Shown here: in pieces, positions 56,479 through 64,000 of the stretch | Numbering within the stretch: position 1 is the stretch's first letter | How the letters are laid out: each line of letters starts with the position of its first letter | Assembly (NCBI GenBank): GCA_020633055.1 | Contig: JACKEJ010000008.1 | Location: forward strand, 697,822 to 761,821 | Direction of reading: 5' to 3' | Length of the DNA: 64,000 nt | From: Sandaracinaceae bacterium | GTDB lineage: Bacteria; Myxococcota_A; Polyangia; Polyangiales; Houyiibacteriaceae | Notes under the pieces: generated by a model | What the model saw: only the letters and a program-made list of their open reading frames with translations | What the model was told of the DNA's origin: nothing | Database searches by the model: none | Translations under genes and position numbers: made by a program

Positions 56479-57030
56479 GTGAGCCCCATGAACGACGACC
56501 TCCGCAAGATCGCCCCCTGGCTGCTGGGCATGCTGGCCGTGTCCTTCTTGGCCATGCTGGGCCGCAGCTGGTTCGTCTCGAGCCTGACGGGCGCCGAAGC
56601 CCCGGCGCTCGACCTGCCCATCGCGGCAGGGCCGGGCGTGCGGGAGGGAGACCGCGTGTCGCTGGCGAGCCTCCGGGGCCGCGTGGTCGTGCTCGACTTC
56701 TGGGCCAGCTGGTGCCAGCCCTGCCGCCGCAGCATCCCCATCCTCAACGACCTCGAGGCCGAGCTCGATGGACAGCCCGTGACGTTCCTCGGCGTCAACG
56801 TCGAGCCCGAGATGGGCCCGCGGCGGCTCGAGCAGGTGCACGCGAGCTTGGGCGCACACTTCCCCACGGTGCAAGACCAGACCGGAGACGTGAAGGCGCG
56901 CTACGGGGTGAGCGTGCTCCCGACGCTGGTCGTCCTGGACACCGAGGGCGTTGTCCGACATGTAGGGACAGGTGTGCCGAACGGGGACTCCTTGGGCGCC
57001 ACCATCCGTGGTCTCATCCCTGAATCCTGA
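56479..57030 (+). CDS. TlpA/ResA-like periplasmic thiol:disulfide oxidoreductase
   Basis: N-terminal TM anchor and the thioredoxin motif FWASWCQPC. Confidence 0.8.
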   Translation: MSPMNDDLRKIAPWLLGMLAVSFLAMLGRSWFVSSLTGAEAPALDLPIAAGPGVREGDRVSLASLRGRVVVLDFWASWCQPCRRSIPILNDLEAELDGQPVTFLGVNVEPEMGPRRLEQVHASLGAHFPTVQDQTGDVKARYGVSVLPTLVVLDTEGVVRHVGTGVPNGDSLGATIRGLIPES

Positions 57031-57142
57031 TTCATCTCCATCGCTTAGCCGACCGCGCGCCACGCTCGTTGACCGGCGTGTCCGAAACGAGTACATTTCG
57101 CGACCCGCGCGGCCGATCCGCTCGTATTGGAGAGATTACACC

Positions 57143-57904
57143 TTGGTCCAGACCCTGCAGGGAACGAGCCTCGAAGAGCGAGTCGCATATCTCGACGAGC
57201 TGCGCAAGGCGGCGCCGCCCAGCGTCAACGAAGAGTTCGAGAACAACCTCGACATGCTCTGGATCTACCACGACAGCGCGCTCGAGGGCGTCGTGTACAC
57301 CCAGGACGAGCTCAAGTCGGCCATCCTGGACCAGGTCATGAGCGACTCGTCGTTGATCCCGGTCTACGACGAGATCCGCCACCACCGCGCGGCCATCCAG
57401 ACCATCCGGCAGCTGGCCCAGAAAAAGAAGCTCACGGTCGACCTGGACCTCATCAAGGGCCTCTTCGCCCAGCTGGCGCCCGAGGAGATCGAGGGCAAGG
57501 CACCGCCGAAGTACCGCAAGGACATGCCCCTGCACCGGCTGTACTTCCACGAGATCGCCACGCCGGACAAGATCGCGGGCCAGATGAAGGCGCTGGTCCA
57601 GTGGGTGAACGACCCGGACACCAAGCGCAGCACGCACATCGTGCGCCTGGCCGCCCGCACCCACTACTCGCTGCTGCAGACGTACCCCTTCCCCAAGCAC
57701 AGCGGCAAGGTGGCGCGCTTGATCCTGAACGTGATGCTGATGGACGTGGGCTACCCGCCGGTGATCATCCACGCCACGGAGCGCCAGCGCTACTACGAGG
57801 CGCTCAAGCAGGGCGAAGACCGCACCGCCGCGCTCATCAACGAGGCCCTCGTGGCCAGCGTGGAGAGCACCATCTCGTTCTACGAGCGGCTCGCGGAGGG
57901 CTAG
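57143..57904 (+). CDS. Fic/DOC-fold protein with a degenerate Fic motif
   Basis: The Fic motif position reads YPFPKHSGKVARLILN instead of HPFx[DE]GNGRxxR. The start is very uncertain (TTG 57143 proposed; the ORF opens at 56972, overlapping the tlpA-like gene). Confidence 0.55.
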   Translation: MVQTLQGTSLEERVAYLDELRKAAPPSVNEEFENNLDMLWIYHDSALEGVVYTQDELKSAILDQVMSDSSLIPVYDEIRHHRAAIQTIRQLAQKKKLTVDLDLIKGLFAQLAPEEIEGKAPPKYRKDMPLHRLYFHEIATPDKIAGQMKALVQWVNDPDTKRSTHIVRLAARTHYSLLQTYPFPKHSGKVARLILNVMLMDVGYPPVIIHATERQRYYEALKQGEDRTAALINEALVASVESTISFYERLAEG

Positions 57905-58545
57905 TGCGCGGCGGGTTCTACGCCATCGTGGATCCGGCGCACTGTGGCGGGCGGAACCCGGTGGACGTGGCCGAGCAGGTGCTGGCCGGTGGGGCCGAGA
58001 TGCTGCAGCTGCGCATGAAGCGGGGCACGGACCGGGAGCGGGCCGCGCTCGCGAGGGCCTTGCGGGCGCGGGCGCGGGCGGCGGCGGTGCCGTTCATCGT
58101 GAACGACCGGGCCGACCTGGCGCTGCTGGTCGACGCGGACGGACTGCACCTGGGTCAGGACGACCTGAGCGTGGCAGACGCGCGGGTGCTGCTCGGCGCA
58201 CGCCAGCTGGGGGTCAGCACGCACGACGCGGAGCAGGCACGCCAGGCGGTGCGCGACGGGGCCGACGTGATCGGCTTCGGGCCGGTGTTCGACACGCAGA
58301 CCAAGGAGCGCCCCGACCCGACGGTGGGGCTCGCCGCGCTGGCCGAGGTGTGTCGCTCCTCGCCCGTCCCCGTGGTCGCCATCGGCGGGCTGACCCCCGC
58401 CCGCGCGCGTGAGGCCTACGCGGTGGGCGCCACCTGGGTGGCGGCCATCTCGGCGGTGTGCGAGGCGCCCGACGTGGTGGTGGCCGCGCGCGCGTTCGCT
58501 GCGCCACCGGACACGGTGCCGGTCCCGCGCGGGGAGCCCGCGTGA
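57904..58545 (+). CDS. thiE: Thiamine-phosphate synthase
   Basis: FYAIVD, LQLRMK, FIVNDRADLA, GLHLGQDD and GFGPVFDTQTK motifs. The GTG start overlaps the upstream TAG. Confidence 0.85.
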   Translation: MRGGFYAIVDPAHCGGRNPVDVAEQVLAGGAEMLQLRMKRGTDRERAALARALRARARAAAVPFIVNDRADLALLVDADGLHLGQDDLSVADARVLLGARQLGVSTHDAEQARQAVRDGADVIGFGPVFDTQTKERPDPTVGLAALAEVCRSSPVPVVAIGGLTPARAREAYAVGATWVAAISAVCEAPDVVVAARAFAAPPDTVPVPRGEPA

Positions 58546-59129
58546 TCCTCGAGCTAGGGCTGGCCCTGGGCGCCGGCGCCGCCCTGTGGGCCTACCGCCG
58601 CCGACGCGCAGCGAAGGCCGGTGTCGCCCCCGCTGCGGCTCCGGACGGCTCCCCCGACGACCCAGCGCCCAAGCCGATGGTGCGCAAGCCGGGGCTGAAC
58701 CTGTCCGACGTGATCCTCTACGTGGACACCGAGCTGTGGCTGGCGGGCTGCCTGCACCTGGACGACGGCGCCGACGTCCTGCGCCTGTTCGCCGCGCCCG
58801 GCGGCAAGCGCGCAACCCACGTGGCCCAGCTGGACCGCAGCGGCGAGGACCTGGCCATGCTCAACCCGTGCGCCGACGTGCCCGCGGGCCGCGTCCCAGA
58901 CGAACTCCAGCTGGGCGGCGCCCGCCTCCGGCTGCGCAAGCGCGGCCGGGCGAACGTGCGTGCCGAGGGGGAGTCGCTGCCCGACCACCGACCGCAGGTG
59001 GACTACGTCCTCTTGGGCGACCCGTCCGGGCGCCTGTTGCTGGTGCTGGACTTCGTCGGGGGGGAGCGCCTGGCCCTGCTGGGCGAGCGCGTGCCGAGCG
59101 GCATGTTGGACCTGCTCCCGGGCGGCTGA
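58542..59129 (+). CDS. Hypothetical membrane-anchored protein
   Basis: GTGA overlap with the thiE stop. One N-terminal TM helix. No confident family call. Confidence 0.5.
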   Translation: MILELGLALGAGAALWAYRRRRAAKAGVAPAAAPDGSPDDPAPKPMVRKPGLNLSDVILYVDTELWLAGCLHLDDGADVLRLFAAPGGKRATHVAQLDRSGEDLAMLNPCADVPAGRVPDELQLGGARLRLRKRGRANVRAEGESLPDHRPQVDYVLLGDPSGRLLLVLDFVGGERLALLGERVPSGMLDLLPGG

Positions 59130-59252
59130 GCACCGCCTGACGCGCACTCGCCGCGTCTCGGGCGGGTCACCCTATCCGCGCGGCGGCCGTCGGCGACGGC
59201 TCGAGAAGGGTCACGGTAACGGCGCGGCGGCCCTCGGCGAGGCTCGGAAGGG

Positions 59253-59834
59253 TCACGGTATCAGCGCGGCCGCCCACGCAGGGAGGGGGTCGACGTGTCG
59301 CTCGACGGCCCCGGCGCGGACCGTGAGCACCGGGCGAAACGGGTCGGACAGCGAGCTGTTGTCCAGCACGCGCACCTGATCGCAGAGCGGCAGGGCGTCC
59401 CTCACGTGGGCGAGCACCCTCGGGATACGCGCCGTGACCTTGTCGTCGGGCACCGCGTGCCCTCCTTCACTCACGCGCTGGCTCACGCGCGCTTGGTTGA
59501 GCGCCACGGTGCTCACGTGCACGAGCACCAGGACCACCTCGTACCCGAGCGACTTCGCGTGGGCGACGAAGTCGACCTTCGAAGGATGCGAGAAGACGGT
59601 CTCGAAGCAGAAGCTCCGTCCCTCGCGCACGAGCTGGAGGCGCAGCTCCTCGGCGACCCGTGCGGCGTCGTAGCTGCGGGCCTCCGGGGCGTCCGGAAAG
59701 AGCTGGCGCGCGACGTCGTCGGCGTTGACGAACGGCAACCCGAGGGACGCGAGGCGAGTTCTGTAGAAGGTGCTCTTGCCTGCGCCGTTGCCCCCCACCA
59801 GCAGCCAGAGCTGCTTGCGGCCCTCATGCGTCAC
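59253..59834 (-). CDS. Zeta-toxin-family P-loop kinase (putative type II toxin)
   Basis: Walker A LLVGGNGAGKST, with size and layout of zeta/AAA-like toxins. ATGA overlap with the upstream ParD-like gene. Confidence 0.7.
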   Translation of the reverse strand: MTHEGRKQLWLLVGGNGAGKSTFYRTRLASLGLPFVNADDVARQLFPDAPEARSYDAARVAEELRLQLVREGRSFCFETVFSHPSKVDFVAHAKSLGYEVVLVLVHVSTVALNQARVSQRVSEGGHAVPDDKVTARIPRVLAHVRDALPLCDQVRVLDNSSLSDPFRPVLTVRAGAVERHVDPLPAWAAALIP

Positions 59835-60250
59835 TCGGCGCCGCGCTCGTCAACGGGCACGAACGCGCCGTCCTGGAAGCGCCCGACGAGGATGGTTCCG
59901 TCGGGTCGATGTTGCTCGAGCAGCCCGGGGTGGGCGCGCGACGCCTGGTAGCGCAGTGTGCTGGTGGTCACCGTCCGAGCGAGCTCGCCCGTCTCTCGGT
60001 CGCGCTCCAACGCATCGAACACGGCCTCTGGGTCGAGGGCCTGGGCCTCCGTCGGCTCGACACGCAGCCGGACCAGGCCGGCCTGGACGGCCAGCAGCGT
60101 GTCGGGGGAGAGCACCTGGCTGACGGCGCGGCCGAGGCTCGCCCAATACTCGACCTGCTCAGCCGCGCTGCGGTGGTGCAGCGCACCCGCCGTCGCGGCG
60201 GCGCTCATGAGGTCGGCCTGGAGCCGCAAGGGGGAGGATGCCTTGGCCAT
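59831..60250 (-). CDS. ParD-like antitoxin
   Basis: LRLQADLMSAAATAGALHHRSAAEQVEYWASLGRAV matches the ParD-like (RHH-type) antitoxin pattern. ATG at 60250. Confidence 0.6.
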   Translation of the reverse strand: MAKASSPLRLQADLMSAAATAGALHHRSAAEQVEYWASLGRAVSQVLSPDTLLAVQAGLVRLRVEPTEAQALDPEAVFDALERDRETGELARTVTTSTLRYQASRAHPGLLEQHRPDGTILVGRFQDGAFVPVDERGAE

Positions 60251-60365
60251 GAGGCATGTGTAGCAATCTGCTACACCAATGGGCAACACGCTACGGGCGG
60301 GCTGCGTGGAACCCCCTTCGACAGACGCCTGCACAACCGACGCATCCCGGCGCCGATACCCCGGC

Positions 60366-61403
60366 ATGCGCCACGTCGTCTCGCCTTCCACCCACGTCAT
60401 CGCAACGTCGACCTCTCCGGGCCGAGCGAGGTGTGCCTCATGCGACCGGGTTCGGGAGGGAGCGCCGAGCGGTCACCGGGTTCGAGACGCTGTCCCCGCC
60501 GTTCGAGGAGCGTCACGTGCAGTCCGGGTCTTGCTCCTGCTCTGCGCCCTGCTCGCGAGCCTGAGCGGGGGGTGTGCAGGAGGGCTGCCACCCGTGGCCG
60601 TCGCCGCCCAGCGACACAACGACGCGGGCACGGTGCTGCTCGCGGAGGGACACCTGGACGACGCCGAAGCCCGCTTCCGCCTGGCCCTCGAGTACCACCC
60701 GCACTTCGCCGAGGCCCACCTCAACCTGGCGCTGGTGCTGCTGGCGCGTGGGCGGCTGGACGAAGCGGGCGCACACCTGGGCACGGCGGTGGAGCTCGAC
60801 GAGGACTACGCCGAGGCGCACGGCAACCTGGGCGTGTACTACCTGCTGACGGGGAATGCCGGCCAGGCGGAGCGCAGCTTCGTGGCGGCGCTCGCCATCG
60901 ACCCCGGGCTGCGCGAGCCACGCCTGAACCTGGCCGAGCTGTGGGTGGCCCAAGAGCGCTTCCGCGAGGCGCGGGCGCAGCTGCTGCGGCTGGTGCAGGT
61001 GGCGCCCGAGGACCTCGGCGCGCACGCCTGGCTGGCCTACTGCGACCTGCGCCTGGGGCGCGACGCAGACGCGCTGGACAGGGCGGACAAGGTGCTCACG
61101 CGTGATCCCACGCAGCCCGTAGCGCACCTCGTGTTTGCGCAGGATGCGCTCACGCGCGGCGACTGGGAGGCCACGCGCGCGCACGCCGAGCTGGCGCTCG
61201 AGCACCCGCCCACACGCGAGGCGGCGCTCGCCACGCTGGCCGCCATGGCGCTGGTGACGCACGACCTGCCCACGGCGAGCACGCTGACCAACGCGCTGCT
61301 GGCACAGAACCCGAGCTCGCGCGTGGGGCACTGGCTGGCCGACGAGGTGGCCAGGCAGTCGGCGCCGCAGCCAGTCGCGGCCCCTGGCGCGCCCGCAAGA
61401 TAG
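60366..61403 (+). CDS. TPR-repeat lipoprotein
   Basis: Lipobox SLSGGC followed by at least 6 TPR-like units (AEAHLNLALVLLARGRLDEA, AEAHGNLGVYYLLTGNAGQA and others). Start uncertain (ATG 60366, or TTG 60531 just before the signal peptide). Confidence 0.7.
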   Translation: MRHVVSPSTHVIATSTSPGRARCASCDRVREGAPSGHRVRDAVPAVRGASRAVRVLLLLCALLASLSGGCAGGLPPVAVAAQRHNDAGTVLLAEGHLDDAEARFRLALEYHPHFAEAHLNLALVLLARGRLDEAGAHLGTAVELDEDYAEAHGNLGVYYLLTGNAGQAERSFVAALAIDPGLREPRLNLAELWVAQERFREARAQLLRLVQVAPEDLGAHAWLAYCDLRLGRDADALDRADKVLTRDPTQPVAHLVFAQDALTRGDWEATRAHAELALEHPPTREAALATLAAMALVTHDLPTASTLTNALLAQNPSSRVGHWLADEVARQSAPQPVAAPGAPAR

Positions 61404-61553
61404 GCGGGTGGGTGCTCCCCAACGCCGGCCGCCCCAGCGTTCGTGCGGTGGGCCGTGAAGCGCAGCTTCTGTCCCCGTGAACTTGATCCCAATCCACGTG
61501 CCCGGATACCCTCGCCTTTCGGCCGCACCTGCGCCCTGGAGCCCGCGACGCAC

Positions 61554-63359
61554 ATGGATGATCTCCTCAAGAACAAGCAATTCCCCATCGCGGCGATCCT
61601 CGTGATCGTGGGCGGCGCCATCGCGGCGTTCGCCCCTGCCCCCTGGGGGGCGGTCGCGGCGGTGGTCTGTGGCCTGCTGGCGCTCTTCCTGCTGCAGGGC
61701 GGTGCCGCGAGCGGCATGGACGCCGAGCTCTTCTCCGACGCGGCCGAGCGCATGCTGGAAGGCGAGCGCCCCAAGCTCCCCAAGGGCTCGCCCCCCGAGC
61801 TGAAGCCGGTGTTCGACAGCTTCGCCGAGATCGCCACCGCGCTGAGCGCACGCGAGCGCAAGGCCACCGAGACCCAGGCCGAGCTGGCCCAGGCGCAGGC
61901 CTCGGCCGAGTCCCTGCGCAACGAGCTCAAGGCGCTGCAAGGAGACCTCGCCAACGCACGCTCCGAGACCAGCGCTGCCCGCGCCGAGGCCGACCGCGTG
62001 TCAGCCGCCTCTGCCGCCGCCGCTGGCAACGCCGCCGGCGCCCACGAGCGCCTGTCCAAGACGCTGCGCGAGCTGGGCCAGGCCGAGGAGGCCATCACCC
62101 ACAATGTGGAAGAGCTCTCGAGCGGCCTCGGCGAGCAGATGGCGGCCGTGGAGCAGACCACCAGCTCCATGAAGGAGATGACGGTCTCGTTGGGCGAGAT
62201 CGCCCAGCACGTCGAGACCCTCGCGTCCTCGGCCGAGGAGAGCTCCTCCAGCATCCTCGAGATGACCGCCACCAACGACGAGGTCGCCGAGAACATGGCC
62301 AACCTCGCGTCCAGCGTGCGCGAGACCGTCTCCTCCATCGAGGAGATGGCCTACTCCATCAAGGAAGTGGCGCGCAACGTCGACGCCCTCTCGCTCACCG
62401 CCGAAGAGACGTCCTCCTCGATGAACGAGATGGACGTGTCCATCGACCAGGTGCAGAGCAACGCCAACGAGACGGCGCGCCTGTCCGAAGAGGTGGCCGG
62501 CGACGCCGAGAAGGGCGCCGAGTCCATCCTCAAGATCATCACCGAGATCAACCGCATCAAAGAGACCTCCTCCGAGGCCGTGGCCGTCATCTCGAACCTG
62601 GGCAGCCGCATCGAGGCCATCGGCGACATCCTCAACGTCATCGACGACGTGGCCGAGCAGACCAACCTCCTGGCCCTGAACGCCGCCATCATCGCGGCCC
62701 AGGCGGGCGAGCACGGCAAGGGCTTCGCGGTCGTCGCCGACGAGATCAAGGACCTGGCCGAGCGCGCTGGCGCGTCGACCAAGGAGATCGCCGAGCTGAT
62801 CAAGACCATCCAGGCCGAGTCGAAGAACGCCATCGTAGCCGTGGAGCGCGGCGCCAACACCGTCGACCGTGGCGTCACGGTGTCCGCCGAAGCGGAGCGC
62901 GCGCTCAAGAAGATCCTCGAGTCCTCGCAGAAGAGCACGGCCATGGTGCGCGCCATCGCGCGCGCTACGGTCGAGCAGGCCAAGGGCAGCAAGCAGGTCA
63001 CCGACGCCATCGGCCGCATCGCCGAGACGGTGCAGCAGATCGCGGCCGCCACGGCCGAGCAGGCGCGCGGCTCCGAGCTCATCATGAAGAGCGCCGAGAA
63101 GATGCGCCTCATCACGCAACACGTGGAGCGCAGCTCGCAGGAGCAGGCGCGCGGCGGGCGGCAGATCAGCCAGGCCATCGAAAGCATCTCGACCATGGTC
63201 AACCACCTGCACCAGAGCCACCGCGCGCAGGCCAAGGGCAGCGAGCAGACGCTGCAGGCGGCCACGCGCATCCAGGAGCTCACGCGCGAGTACGACCGGC
63301 ACGTGCGCGGCATGAGCCAGGCCGCCGTGGCCCTGCGCCGCCTGCGCGAGGGCAGCTGA
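61554..63359 (+). CDS. Methyl-accepting chemotaxis protein (no large periplasmic domain)
   Basis: Two closely spaced TM helices, a coiled coil, and the highly conserved signalling hairpin [36 protein letters not shown]. Confidence 0.9.
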   Translation: MDDLLKNKQFPIAAILVIVGGAIAAFAPAPWGAVAAVVCGLLALFLLQGGAASGMDAELFSDAAERMLEGERPKLPKGSPPELKPVFDSFAEIATALSARERKATETQAELAQAQASAESLRNELKALQGDLANARSETSAARAEADRVSAASAAAAGNAAGAHERLSKTLRELGQAEEAITHNVEELSSGLGEQMAAVEQTTSSMKEMTVSLGEIAQHVETLASSAEESSSSILEMTATNDEVAENMANLASSVRETVSSIEEMAYSIKEVARNVDALSLTAEETSSSMNEMDVSIDQVQSNANETARLSEEVAGDAEKGAESILKIITEINRIKETSSEAVAVISNLGSRIEAIGDILNVIDDVAEQTNLLALNAAIIAAQAGEHGKGFAVVADEIKDLAERAGASTKEIAELIKTIQAESKNAIVAVERGANTVDRGVTVSAEAERALKKILESSQKSTAMVRAIARATVEQAKGSKQVTDAIGRIAETVQQIAAATAEQARGSELIMKSAEKMRLITQHVERSSQEQARGGRQISQAIESISTMVNHLHQSHRAQAKGSEQTLQAATRIQELTREYDRHVRGMSQAAVALRRLREGS

Positions 63360-63430
63360 ACCACGACGAAGGCCGCGCCCGCGGGCTGCGCTCGCGCACA
63401 GGCGCTCGGCATGCGATAGAGACGTCCTAG

Positions 63431-63901
63431 ATGTTCGGTATCGGCGGCGGCGAGATGGTCATCATCTTCCTCGTGCTCCTCTTCGCGGTGGGGCCCGACA
63501 AGATGCCTACGTTTGCGCGCGCCATCACCAAGGGCATCCGCCAGTTCCGCGCCACCACCGCGGACCTGCGCAAGCAGGTGGGCATCGACGCCATCCTGGG
63601 CGAGGAGGACATCCGCGACCCCCTCGGCATGAAGAAGATCAAGGCCGACCTGACCAAGCCCCTCTCGGACATCCGAGACGCGGGCATGGGGCTCAAGACC
63701 GAGGTGGCCCAGGTGGGCGCGAGCATGACCAAGCCGGGCGTGACGAGCGCGGCCGCCGGGGCCGTCGCGAACGCCGCGGTGAGCGAGGGTGAGCCCGTGC
63801 GCATCATGACCGAGCCCGAGCTGGCCCGAGAGCAACCCGCGCTGGGGGTGGACGTGGCCCACGCCAGCACCCGCGCCGTGACGGTGGACCCGCAGGCATG
63901 A
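63431..63901 (+). CDS. Twin-arginine translocase TatA/TatB family protein
   Basis: MFGIGGGEMVIIFLVLLFAVGPDKMP is the canonical Tat TM plus hinge motif. The 156-aa length suggests a TatB-like protein. Confidence 0.85.
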   Translation: MFGIGGGEMVIIFLVLLFAVGPDKMPTFARAITKGIRQFRATTADLRKQVGIDAILGEEDIRDPLGMKKIKADLTKPLSDIRDAGMGLKTEVAQVGASMTKPGVTSAAAGAVANAAVSEGEPVRIMTEPELAREQPALGVDVAHASTRAVTVDPQA

Positions 63902-64000
63902 GCGACGACGCCGCCGCCATCAAGGCCGCGAAGGAAGCCGAAGCCATCCGGGCCGCCAAGATCGCCGCGGCAAAGAAGCCCGTGCAGCCCACGGAGGCGC
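63898..64000 (+). CDS. Partial ORF (5' end only), translationally coupled to the tat gene
   Basis: ATGA overlap at 63898-63901. The Ala/Lys-rich N-terminus MSDDAAAIKAAKEAEA runs off the window, so identity is unknown. Confidence 0.35.
   Translation, partial: MSDDAAAIKAAKEAEAIRAAKIAAAKKPVQPTEA

Overview
Very GC-rich bacterial chromosomal segment. The many L-x-G-C lipobox lipoproteins, Hanks-type Ser/Thr kinases, TPR/PEGA-like secreted proteins and a DUF4388 protein suggest a Myxococcota-type genome; this is inference only. I can support about 60 protein genes. Housekeeping and metabolic genes include uppS-cdsA, bioF-bioD, serC, rpsU, a phosphofructokinase, thiE, a tatA/B-like gene, an acyl-CoA carboxyltransferase, an aldehyde dehydrogenase, a GMC oxidoreductase operon and an RND efflux pair. 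Regulators include TetR, GntR and LysR types, two Ser/Thr kinases, an NtrY-like histidine kinase and an MCP. There is one tRNA-Ala(CGC) with a clear terminator. I saw no rRNA, CRISPR array, transposase or integrase. The most unusual signals are listed here. (1) An intergenic element has a nearly invariant 73-nt core enclosed by a 27-bp stem whose sequence covaries between copies; it sits about 80-90 nt upstream of both tRNA-Ala and rpsU. (2) Two His/Asp/Glu-rich small ORFs are arranged as an inverted pair and share a perfect 30-nt inverted repeat. (3) A perfect 14-bp palindrome, GTTTCACGTGAAAC, occurs three times in a roughly 740-nt gene-free gap upstream of uppS. (4) A kinase-headed minus-strand cluster contains two paralogous TPR/PEGA-like membrane proteins. 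(5) A translationally coupled string runs DUF4388, Omp85-like, DUF4390, NtrY-like kinase with no response regulator. Several enzyme-family members (a PBP transpeptidase, a Fic protein) have degenerate catalytic motifs. Many long ORFs in the track are antisense or out-of-frame shadows typical of high-GC DNA and were rejected. All family names rest on motifs recognised by eye; no database search, folding or statistics were run, and start codons are often uncertain.
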